Origin: Pseudanabaena sp. ELA607
Lineage (GTDB): Bacteria; Cyanobacteriota; Cyanobacteriia; Pseudanabaenales; Pseudanabaenaceae
NCBI GenBank assembly: GCA_037130765.1
Contig: JBAXSK010000001.1
Coordinates: 7,200 to 71,199, forward strand
Length of the DNA stretch: 64,000 nucleotides
Direction of reading: 5' to 3'
This document shows positions 20,016 through 27,832 of the stretch, piece by piece. The translations under genes were made by a program, and so were the position numbers. How positions within the stretch are numbered: the stretch's first letter is position 1; each line of letters begins with the position of its first letter. The notes beneath the pieces were generated by a model, which saw nothing but the letters and a program-made list of their open reading frames with translations, had not been told where the DNA came from and did no database searches.

Positions 20016-20343
20016 AGAGGTTAATTCCTTCTCGGCGGATGTTTAATAATAATGGGCTAATGTGATTTAGATATTCTTTTTCATTGATAAATAGACAGCT
20101 TACAACGGTGTCATATTGGAGAGAGATTTTTGAGATGATTTCGCCTGTGTTACTAATTTCATCGCAGGGTTTAACTTTACCGTGCAGGACTACAAGTATA
20201 TCAATATCAGAGTCTGGGGTTGCTTCGTTTCTTGCTTGAGAGCCATAGAGCGTTATGTAGGCTAGGCGATCACCATATAGCTCCTTTAAGCCTAGTTTTA
20301 ATTCGTGCAATGTTGGCTGGATATTATTTAAAGTTGGGTTCAT
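19975..20343 (-). CDS. nucleotidyltransferase domain protein (MNT-like antitoxin)
   Basis: The motif YGSQARNEATPDSDIDILVV (GS...DxD) is present. Confidence 0.85.
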   Translation of the reverse strand: MNPTLNNIQPTLHELKLGLKELYGDRLAYITLYGSQARNEATPDSDIDILVVLHGKVKPCDEISNTGEIISKISLQYDTVVSCLFINEKEYLNHISPLLLNIRREGINLYDHRQRRTLTTST

Positions 20344-20380
20344 TTTCTGGAAAAAGTATTGCTGGTATTGGACTTTGATT

Positions 20381-20683
20381 CTATTTATCTAGAAATGCTA
20401 GAGCTTCAGTGTGTGAATAAATTGGACTATTTCTACCTTCATCAATTACTGTGCCTTTCATTCTTAAAGCATCAGCACAAAACTCTATCTCACCTTCCCA
20501 GTAAATATATCGACCTTTTTTGTCTAAACTGACTTTAGCAAAAAAGTTAGGTTCTTGAAGTGGTTGAAATACCTTGCCTTGTTGAATCACTGGGATGAAA
20601 TCAGCTACAACGCTTATTCCATCAGAATATTCTAGAACTAACTTGAAGTTCTCAATTGGCGAGACTCGACTGATTTTATACAT
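20381..20683 (-). CDS. DUF2442 domain protein
   Basis: The likely true start is MYKISRVSPIENFKLVLEYSDG at 20683; the tracked 134-aa form would overlap the upstream gene. The pattern is DUF2442-like, and it sits 11 nt after a DUF4160 gene. Confidence 0.7.
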   Translation of the reverse strand: MYKISRVSPIENFKLVLEYSDGISVVADFIPVIQQGKVFQPLQEPNFFAKVSLDKKGRYIYWEGEIEFCADALRMKGTVIDEGRNSPIYSHTEALAFLDK

Positions 20684-20694
20684 GGTTATTTTCT

Positions 20695-20955
20695 CTAATC
20701 TAAAGGTTCTAGCTTGTGAGGTGATTTTCCTGATTGACAAAGTTCCCAGTTTTCCATTAGTTCCTGTTGATGTAAGGCAATCCATTCTAAAAACATCGAT
20801 CGCACTCGATTAGGAACCTTGCCTTTGATGATGGAGATCGGTGAGATACCGACAATGATTTCATGTTCGCCATAGGATGCATGGATATGTGGTGGGGTAG
20901 GATCGTCATAGAATACCCTGATTGTAATTCCATAAAATTCTGAAATGATTGGCAT
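20695..20955 (-). CDS. DUF4160 domain protein
   Basis: The N-terminus MPIISEFYGITIRVFYDDPTPPHIHASYGEHE is the typical DUF4160 signature. Confidence 0.8.
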   Translation of the reverse strand: MPIISEFYGITIRVFYDDPTPPHIHASYGEHEIIVGISPISIIKGKVPNRVRSMFLEWIALHQQELMENWELCQSGKSPHKLEPLD

Positions 20956-20986
20956 AAGCTGTTTTTGATTGAAGTTATTCCCATTG

Positions 20987-21057
20987 TATCAAAAGTCTTT
21001 GTGTTACTCATGCGCTTAACTATTCTCTTAAATCGCATCAACTATTTGAGTATTCAT
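20987..21057 (-). pseudogene. collapsed remnant of a two-gene cassette
   Basis: It reads MNTQIVDAI-stop, which resembles the start of 22225..22635 (MNTQLVDSI). This is followed by ...VKR-ATGA-MSNTKTFDTM. The 49-nt stretch 20987..21035 recurs at 19599..19647. Confidence 0.4.
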
Positions 21058-21090
21058 TGTATGTTTCCCCCAAAGGCTTTGTAAATGATA

Positions 21091-21444
21091 TCAATCAAGT
21101 TCTGCGTTATCTTCTGTTGGTAAAAGCGGTAGTATAAATTCTAGAAGATTAGGGATTTGTGAATTTGCAACTTGCCAAGTTAAGTTCAAATCAACTTGAT
21201 TATAATCGTGTATTAGTTTATCGCGCATTCCCGCGATTTGCTTCCATAGTATTTCTGGATGGGCTTCTCGAAATTCAGGCGATAGGCGTTTGACGATTTC
21301 TCCCAAAATCGCAATTTCGTATACAACCGAAAAGTGAATGCGCTTTTCTGCTAAAAATTGTTGCTTGGTAGCTCCTTCCATCAGTTCAGCAATATTAGAA
21401 CAGACTGTGGCAATATCAAGCAGATAGGCTGGATCTCGTTTCAT
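21091..21444 (-). CDS. hepT: HepT (DUF86, HEPN-type) toxin
   Basis: GMRDKLIHDY (RxxxxHxY) motif. It overlaps the upstream MNT gene by 29 nt. Confidence 0.85.
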   Translation of the reverse strand: MKRDPAYLLDIATVCSNIAELMEGATKQQFLAEKRIHFSVVYEIAILGEIVKRLSPEFREAHPEILWKQIAGMRDKLIHDYNQVDLNLTWQVANSQIPNLLEFILPLLPTEDNAELD

Positions 21445-21757
21445 AAATCACCTGTGCAGTATTTAAAATTGCTTTGCGTCGAATCCAATTTGGGCTGTCT
21501 ATAACGGCTTGCTTGCTAACTAAGTCAACTTTTCGATGAAATATATCTTCTAGTTGCCATTCCATTGTTACCAAGTCTAGAAGACTATTTTGTGAGTTAG
21601 GAGCAAATACGACCAAGCAATCGATGTCACTATCGGGTCGAAAGTCATCGCGCAGGACGGAACCAAAGAGGGCAAATTCGACGATCTGCCAACGCTGACA
21701 AAATTCTCGAATCTGTGACATGGGGAGATTAATGTTTGTGATTAATTGAGTATTCAT
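21416..21757 (-). CDS. mntA: MNT-family nucleotidyltransferase antitoxin
   Basis: The motif FGSVLRDDFRPDSDIDCLV is present. It is a paralog of 18666..18992. Confidence 0.85.
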   Translation of the reverse strand: MNTQLITNINLPMSQIREFCQRWQIVEFALFGSVLRDDFRPDSDIDCLVVFAPNSQNSLLDLVTMEWQLEDIFHRKVDLVSKQAVIDSPNWIRRKAILNTAQVIYETRSSLSA

Positions 21758-21799
21758 TTCATCGCTCCTTGCTCAAAGGCTTTGTTAATCAATTTTAGT

Positions 21800-22228
21800 C
21801 TAAGTTTCTTTCGGAGGATGCCAACCTGCGCTAATCCATTCTCGTCTAACCATCAATGCACAGGTATTGTTAAGTTGCAAAGCCAGAACTGTAGCGCGTC
21901 CACAGGCTGTACGCCCGACAATATATGTACCATCTTCTGACCAAGTAAAATGTCGATGCCATTTTTGGGTGCGAGGGTTGAATAACTGCACTAAACGATC
22001 TGTTTCTGGATCTTGTCTATGGGTTTGAGTTCCTTTAAAGTTGTTGCATAATCTACAGGCGAGCCATAGGTTCTTTTCGTCATCCGTTCCGCCTTGAGAT
22101 TTGGGAATAATGTGATCAATTTCTAGCATTCCCAAAACATATTTTTGCTGACTACGACAATAGCCACAGCAATCTTTTGCTGCTGTCCGAACCCTAGCTC
22201 TAGTTTCTTCGGAAATCTTGCTACTCAT
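21800..22228 (-). CDS. HNH endonuclease
   Basis: CCGYCRSQ...EIDHIIPKSQGG...NLWLACRLCNNFKG matches the HNH/zinc-hook pattern. Confidence 0.85.
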   Translation of the reverse strand: MSSKISEETRARVRTAAKDCCGYCRSQQKYVLGMLEIDHIIPKSQGGTDDEKNLWLACRLCNNFKGTQTHRQDPETDRLVQLFNPRTQKWHRHFTWSEDGTYIVGRTACGRATVLALQLNNTCALMVRREWISAGWHPPKET

Positions 22229-22635
22229 GCGCTTAATGGTTGTCTTAGTCCACGTTTGACGCTTTCATTTAAGGCTTGGGCTTTGCGAAGTAGTCCTGCT
22301 TGATAAATTTCCATTAACATTTCTAGTTCGGATTGCTCGTCTGTGGTCAGGGTTCTTTCTTGTTGGGTTTGTAAGAGTTGACTTAATCTTTGATCTTGAG
22401 ATGGTTCCATCTGAAGTTCGGTGAGGGTGATTATTTGTTGATCGCTTAGGGTTGATAGGTGGGCTAAGTTTTGGTTAGGTTCTTGTTTGGGGAATTCGGG
22501 TTGAGACGGGGATATTTGGGTGTTGGGAATTGGGCTGAAGAGGTCAGTTAGTAACTTGTCTCTTAGTAATGAGCGATCTTCTTCGGGGAGGGACTTGATT
22601 AACTGGGCGATCGAATCGACTAATTGAGTATTCAT
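22225..22635 (-). CDS. hypothetical acidic/Gln-rich protein translationally coupled to the HNH nuclease
   Basis: 136 aa. Its stop overlaps the HNH start in ATGA. The C-terminal helical segment is LTTDEQSELEMLMEIYQAGLLRKAQALNESVKRGL. No family recognised. Confidence 0.5.
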   Translation of the reverse strand: MNTQLVDSIAQLIKSLPEEDRSLLRDKLLTDLFSPIPNTQISPSQPEFPKQEPNQNLAHLSTLSDQQIITLTELQMEPSQDQRLSQLLQTQQERTLTTDEQSELEMLMEIYQAGLLRKAQALNESVKRGLRQPLSA

Positions 22636-22668
22636 TGAATATTTCCTCCTATGGTTTTTTTAACACGA

Positions 22669-25206
22669 TCAATTTGTTCCACTTTTATGATTTATTTGAA
22701 GACTTTTTCGCCTTTCAATTTCAGAGATCGGCAGCAAAAGATTTGCTCGTCTTTTTGCTTTCATTTCTTGACTGGCGTTTGGTGGATCGGTAAGATTTAG
22801 GCATTCAGCTAAAATTGTATTGGCATTGTAATAATTCTTTAATGCTTGCCTTGCTTCAGAAGTCATTCCGTTTTTTGGGTTTTGCCAGTCATGCCCGATC
22901 TGACGATGTTCAATCATAACTTTTCGTAGGTCTTCAGCCCATAAATGACAAGCTTCTGAACCATCCCATTGATCGCCATCGATTCCAAATGATTGCGGTA
23001 TATGCTGCTCCAAATTTTTAAGAGAATTCTCTAATTCGTGATATCCCAAATATTCTGCTAATTCAATTGCTTTTATTATATAGCTTCGGTTGTGAGGAAG
23101 TCTCGGTGCATTTTCATGAAGTTGAAGGCGATCATTATTTGATTTTGAATAATCCATTGCTCTTGGTAAATCTATATCTAATTGACATTCAACTAGACGA
23201 TCAAGCATTATGTAAAGACCATCTCGTGTTTCCTTTTCTATTTCAAGATTCTTTTTAGCTGTAATTGACAATATCCCCTCCAATTGATTGTCTATAAGCA
23301 ATTCATTTCCTATAGAATTTGGGTTAGAACAATTTGTATCTGTATAATCATTTAAAATGTCTTCTATAGTTATTGCTCTAATTGTTGCCTCCCCATACTT
23401 TGTTTTTCCTTCAATAGTCTGAGATTTTTTGAGTAGGCTTAATAGTATTTCTTGTAAATATGGATATCCCACAATTATGGCAGTGATTGTATCTTCCATT
23501 TGCTGTAAAAAACTATTTGGCTCGGATAACATTTCAACTGTAAACAAGAAAATTTCACGCCATTGGCGATCACCAAGATTCATAAACAGTTTCTGAAGAT
23601 CTTCAGTACCATTTTCAACACGATTCGCAATATCTCTCGCAACAAAATATTCATGCCAAGTCAAATGTCCAAAATAGTATTCATCATGATCTATAGTTAG
23701 CAATCCACTTCTATTAGTAATTTGGTCGTGCAATAGCTCTCTTGTACAATTTTCCTCATCACTCAAACCTTGCAAGCTGTTAATGCCAAGAAATTCATTT
23801 AGGTATCGTTGCAATTCATATTCTAAAAAATCTTTCTTCTCTTTAAATGTTTGTCTTGCTAAATACAAAACAAAATCATTAAAGCTATTATTTGATTTAG
23901 ATGTAAAATTTTTATTTTTATTCCACTCATGTACTAAAACATCAAACGCATACTCATAAAGCTGATAGCGTTTATCGGCAAGTTTTCCATTCTTAAAAAA
24001 TGTCTTACAAATTAAAGTGAGATTAATGGGGGTTTGAGCCAAGGCTTTGATTTGAGATTTATTTTTATCTTGAATTGCAGAAATTAATTCATTAGATGTT
24101 CTATCAGTATAGTGTTTATCTTTATATTCTTGATAATATTGTTTAATAAAGCTCTCAATAGCTACATCATCCAAATCAACAATATTAATATACAAGTATC
24201 TAGAATCATCTCGTTTTGCTGATGCCGAACGACAGGTAATCACAGCTTTATTTCGAGGGTATTTGGTTAAAATAAATTCATCAATGTATTTTTCTACTTT
24301 CTGCCTGTAATCCATTGACACTTCATCTAGACCATCTAATAAAATTAATAGATTTCCTTTATTTAAAATATACTCTATTTCTTCTGGTGAAACTCCTAAC
24401 GGGTTCCAACTGTTGACAATCACATCAAATATTTTTGATTTTTCTGTACTCTGCCAATCTTCAGTCCTAAGTTTAAAGTAAAAAGGTACTAAATCAGGAA
24501 ATAGTTCACCTGTAATACAGTGCATTGCTAAGAATTTCAGAGAATTTGTCTTACCTGCACCTGCTTTTCCTAGCAAAGCGATCGGTTTTATGATTGTTTT
24601 ACTTTGCTCGTAGTGGCTTTTTAGACAATCAATCAAAGGCATACGCCTCTTAGAGTTTGAGTCGCAAGAAATTTCAACATGAAAATCCTTAACATTTCTA
24701 TGTTGACCATCAGCAAATCGAATATCCTCACACCGTAGCTCAATCCAATCTCTAACTTTGTCTCGCACATTTTGGACTATGTTATTTCCATGACTATTGC
24801 GATCGCTTCCAAGTGTTGTTACTTCTTGAGTGCGATTGGGAGTAAGGATATTTTGGGAATTAGTTGGGGGGTGGGGGCGGCTTAATGTTTCGCTATCAAC
24901 TCCATCAGGACTAATATCGGGGTGAACAAAATCTGGCATATGTTGCCGAAATAAATAAACCAAATTATCCTGATGTGAATTTCCACGTCCAAATTTTATG
25001 CCGAAGTGATTGCACACCTCTTTCAGTCTGTGAGATACGATAGTAGTATCTTCAGGATTACATACATCTTGTCTTTTGCGTATAGCTTTTGCTATTTCTT
25101 TCTTAGTTTTTCCATCACGGATCAAAAGATTTACAAAAGTCAATAATTTGTCATTGACAGGTTTTTGCAATTCTTCAAACTTAGCTAAAAACTGCTGTTT
25201 GTCCAT
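22669..25206 (-). CDS. NACHT-family STAND NTPase with N-terminal HTH-like module
   Basis: Walker A LLGKAGAGKTNS and Walker B LLILLDGLDEV. The N-terminal roughly 90 aa (KKEIAKAI...IVSHRLKEVCNHFGI) resemble the HTH heads of 14102..15865 and 55675..57408. The C-terminal roughly 400 aa are helical with no obvious repeats. Confidence 0.85.
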   Translation of the reverse strand: MDKQQFLAKFEELQKPVNDKLLTFVNLLIRDGKTKKEIAKAIRKRQDVCNPEDTTIVSHRLKEVCNHFGIKFGRGNSHQDNLVYLFRQHMPDFVHPDISPDGVDSETLSRPHPPTNSQNILTPNRTQEVTTLGSDRNSHGNNIVQNVRDKVRDWIELRCEDIRFADGQHRNVKDFHVEISCDSNSKRRMPLIDCLKSHYEQSKTIIKPIALLGKAGAGKTNSLKFLAMHCITGELFPDLVPFYFKLRTEDWQSTEKSKIFDVIVNSWNPLGVSPEEIEYILNKGNLLILLDGLDEVSMDYRQKVEKYIDEFILTKYPRNKAVITCRSASAKRDDSRYLYINIVDLDDVAIESFIKQYYQEYKDKHYTDRTSNELISAIQDKNKSQIKALAQTPINLTLICKTFFKNGKLADKRYQLYEYAFDVLVHEWNKNKNFTSKSNNSFNDFVLYLARQTFKEKKDFLEYELQRYLNEFLGINSLQGLSDEENCTRELLHDQITNRSGLLTIDHDEYYFGHLTWHEYFVARDIANRVENGTEDLQKLFMNLGDRQWREIFLFTVEMLSEPNSFLQQMEDTITAIIVGYPYLQEILLSLLKKSQTIEGKTKYGEATIRAITIEDILNDYTDTNCSNPNSIGNELLIDNQLEGILSITAKKNLEIEKETRDGLYIMLDRLVECQLDIDLPRAMDYSKSNNDRLQLHENAPRLPHNRSYIIKAIELAEYLGYHELENSLKNLEQHIPQSFGIDGDQWDGSEACHLWAEDLRKVMIEHRQIGHDWQNPKNGMTSEARQALKNYYNANTILAECLNLTDPPNASQEMKAKRRANLLLPISEIERRKSLQINHKSGTN

Positions 25207-25305
25207 CTTGCCCCATCACTAAGCCCTTGCAGCCGACAATGCCCATGATACTATATAGCTATAGAAAAGTTAAGTGATCGCACCAATAAAAAACGCAAAA
25301 AGATC

Positions 25306-25761
25306 ATGACTCAGGCAATAGTAAAACAAACACTTTATGACACCGATCTTAATCTGTGGCTAGAGACAGTAATCGCTCAATTGCGATCCGGTGATTTGCA
25401 AAATGTTGATGTTGAAAATTTGATAGAGGAGTTAGAGGGTTTGGCAGGTAGAGATAAGCGGGAGGTTGCTAGTTGTCTGAAAACTCTTATTGAGCATCTT
25501 CTCAAGCGTTGTTATGTGGACATGCCCAACGAATTTAGAGGATGGGAAGTAACAATTAGAACTCAAAGATTTGAGTTAGAACAAATTCTCGAACAATCGC
25601 CAAGTCTCAAGCGTCACTTTGTCGAAAGCTTTGATAAATGTTTCAAGGTTGCAGTTAAAGATGTACAAGGGAATTATCCACAGTATCAATTACCCGATAC
25701 ATGGCAATTTGGATGTGATATCGACTCCATGTTAAATCAGGAATTTTGGCATAAGGGATAA
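25306..25761 (+). CDS. DUF29 family protein
   Basis: LYDTDLNLWLE...VENLIEELEGLAGRDKREVASCLKTLIEHLLK is the typical DUF29 pattern. Confidence 0.75.
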   Translation: MTQAIVKQTLYDTDLNLWLETVIAQLRSGDLQNVDVENLIEELEGLAGRDKREVASCLKTLIEHLLKRCYVDMPNEFRGWEVTIRTQRFELEQILEQSPSLKRHFVESFDKCFKVAVKDVQGNYPQYQLPDTWQFGCDIDSMLNQEFWHKG

Positions 25762-25988
25762 ATACCAATTCTTGCCTGATATTTTACTGGATTAAGCTGT
25801 GAGTAAGTCGGCATTGCACTAGACAAAATTTATGTGCATTTTTGTTTGTGCGTTTTTGCACAAGTGTCTTGGGTAGTGCATTTTTGCATATTTGTAATTG
25901 TTCTAATAGTTTCTCCTAAACTATATCTACAGAATTCAAATCTTAATCATAGGGTTTGACTGATATATCTTTTCATGGTGAATGTAAA

Positions 25989-26777
25989 ATGATTACATCG
26001 TCCAGACACGTTTGCATGATTGCTGTGCCGGTAGCTGTATCTGTATTGCTTCCTCAATTTGTTCAACCTGAATCAGTTACTGCTGGCACGATCACTCAAT
26101 CTTTTGATGAAGCATCGCAAGGATGGAGTTTTAACTTTGACGGTAATTTTTCATCTCCCCGTTATAACGCTGCACGTATTAACGGGAATAGTCTCCGTCT
26201 TTGGATCAATAGTGATAACACATCCAATATTCCATCTGATCCTAGAGTACCTTCAGGTGAATCTTTTAAAGGTGTTGTATATTTTTTCCGCGAGTTTTCT
26301 TTTCCTGAGAAGTTTTCTGATGCAAAACTCAATATTACAATTGGAGCAGATGATCAGGTAACTGCTGACCTGAATGGTCATGTTTTAGGATCACGTAAGT
26401 TGTTTGATAGAGAGACTAATGTTCCTGTACAAGGGGCAATGACAGATGGGAACTTTCAACAAAAGCCTACCACTTTTATCAGTAATTTCACGCCATTATC
26501 ATTTGATGATTCCAGTAAATTTCAGGCAGGGCGCAACATTTTAAGATTCCTATTCAACAACACATTCGATGGCTCTAATCCTTTTGCTCCTGTCCGACCT
26601 ATGACCATTCCTGGTGATCAATCAGCACTTCATGCCAACGGTAGTATTAGCTATAATGTGCCCAATAAACCAGTGCCATTACCAGGTCTATTGCCTGGTA
26701 TAGCTGTAGCTTTCCTCTTTGGGGTAAAACGGATCGTGAACCGCAGTAGTCAGAAAGCTACAAAAACTGCTCTTTAA
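25989..26777 (+). CDS. secreted hypothetical protein with possible PEP-CTERM-like C-terminal anchor
   Basis: The ATG at 25989 gives a signal-like N-terminus, MITSSRHVCMIAVPVAVSVLLP. The C-terminus is VPLPGLLPGIAVAFLFGVKRIV, a P-rich motif followed by a TM helix and a basic tail. Confidence 0.45.
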   Translation: MITSSRHVCMIAVPVAVSVLLPQFVQPESVTAGTITQSFDEASQGWSFNFDGNFSSPRYNAARINGNSLRLWINSDNTSNIPSDPRVPSGESFKGVVYFFREFSFPEKFSDAKLNITIGADDQVTADLNGHVLGSRKLFDRETNVPVQGAMTDGNFQQKPTTFISNFTPLSFDDSSKFQAGRNILRFLFNNTFDGSNPFAPVRPMTIPGDQSALHANGSISYNVPNKPVPLPGLLPGIAVAFLFGVKRIVNRSSQKATKTAL

Positions 26778-26906
26778 CTAGGTTTTATTCTCTATTCTGT
26801 AGTAACTAGCCAAATTCCAAGAACCTTGCTAAGTGAGGTTCTTTTTCTTATCTGTAAATTCTGTATTGCTATCGTAATACCGATATAGCAAAATTGCTAT
26901 TTCTAT

Positions 26907-26987
26907 ATTTCCCCCTCATCTGGCAAATCCTTTGGCGCACTAGCTTAGGCTTAATGATGCTAACAGTCATCGCCTTATTTCTCGAAG
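26907..26987. repeat. 81-bp direct repeat, copy 1
   Basis: It aligns with 27752..27832, with about 8 mismatches counted by eye. Confidence 0.85.
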
Positions 26988-27015
26988 GCTTAAAAAGTGA
27001 AGCAAAAAATAAACT

Positions 27016-27525
27016 CTAATCCAAAATCGCCAAACTGTGAGGATTTTCAAGCTTCAGCAAACGGCTTTTCTTAATCAAATTTCCGTAGCAAATAATTAAC
27101 TTTTTTTGTTGATGAGCAGAAGTCGCGATCGCATATTCACTTTCTGGCAAATCAATCTGCACTTGTCGCTTAGCGATCGTATCCTGAACAGTAATTTTTC
27201 CCAATCTTGCATTACGAGGGCGATAGAGCTTGATCACATCTCCTTCCACAGTAGAAACCATCGCATCAAAATTTGGGATCTCCTGACCTGAAACCGCCGC
27301 ATAAAGCACATCAGGATCTAAATCAGCATTGTTTGCCCATTGAATAGTTCCCAATTCAGGATCTATATATACACTCTCAAAAAAATTTCTATCTTTTAAT
27401 GGCGCAAAAACACCAGTAAACTCAATCATTTTTGACAAGTCAACAACTCCCTCCATGCCATCTTCAAACTGCAAATGGAGTTTGTAATCCGTAAATGGTT
27501 TCACCATCAAAATATCTTGTAGCAT
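27016..27525 (-). CDS. DUF2442 domain protein with C-terminal extension
   Basis: The N-terminal half, VKPFTDYKLHLQFEDGMEGVVDLS...GTIQWANNADLDPDVLY, is DUF2442-like. It has an extra tail of about 85 aa. Confidence 0.7.
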   Translation of the reverse strand: MLQDILMVKPFTDYKLHLQFEDGMEGVVDLSKMIEFTGVFAPLKDRNFFESVYIDPELGTIQWANNADLDPDVLYAAVSGQEIPNFDAMVSTVEGDVIKLYRPRNARLGKITVQDTIAKRQVQIDLPESEYAIATSAHQQKKLIICYGNLIKKSRLLKLENPHSLAILD

Positions 27526-27527
27526 AA

Positions 27528-27785
27528 TTATTCCAAAGGTTCAATTGTCTTTAAAGGTTTATTTTTCGTTGCTAGTTCCCAGTTCTCTAAAAGCTCTGCT
27601 TGATGTAAATTCGCCCACTCGACAACTAATTTCTTTACTTTTGACGGTATTTGCCCAGCTAACAAACTTGCAGGAGAAGTACGAATCAGTGCTTTTTGAC
27701 CATTGTAACGAACACTGATAATAACACCTTGATTTTCTATGCGATCGCCTAATTTCCCTCTCATCTGGCAAACCCTCTGGCGCAC
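27528..27785 (-). CDS. DUF4160-like protein lacking the canonical N-terminus
   Basis: The C-terminal part, GQIPSKVKKLVVEWANLHQAELLENWELATKNKPLKTIEPLE, parallels 20695..20955. The N-terminal HIH region is replaced by sequence from the 81-bp repeat. Confidence 0.55.
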   Translation of the reverse strand: MRQRVCQMRGKLGDRIENQGVIISVRYNGQKALIRTSPASLLAGQIPSKVKKLVVEWANLHQAELLENWELATKNKPLKTIEPLE

Positions 27786-27832
27786 TAGCTTAGGCTGAAT
27801 GATGCTGACATTGATCGCCTTATTTATCGAAG
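27752..27832. repeat. 81-bp direct repeat, copy 2
   Basis: It aligns with 26907..26987 and overlaps the 5' end of ORF 27528..27785. Confidence 0.85.

Noticed and set aside
20684-20785. An N-terminal extension of the DUF2442 ORF (the 134-aa form).
   Set aside because: The extension overlaps the end of the DUF4160 gene and has no DUF2442-like sequence. The internal ATG at 20683 gives the typical family N-terminus.
20787-21041. An 84-aa ORF overlapping the DUF4160 gene.
   Set aside because: It overlaps the well-supported DUF4160 frame for most of its length. Only its first few codons (MSNTKTFD) match a repeated remnant. It is treated as a cassette remnant rather than a gene.
17995-25206. The idea that the same-strand array of small cassettes is a chromosomal integron or CALIN.
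   Set aside because: No intI-like integrase is present. The intergenic spacers show no attC-type imperfect palindromes with RYYYAAC/GTTRRRY ends; many genes overlap or are only 10 to 40 nt apart. The shared junction motif looks like paralogous gene ends rather than attC.
27559-27771. An alternative-frame 70-aa ORF inside the DUF4160-like gene.
   Set aside because: It is out of frame with the ORF whose C-terminus aligns to the paralog at 20695..20955.
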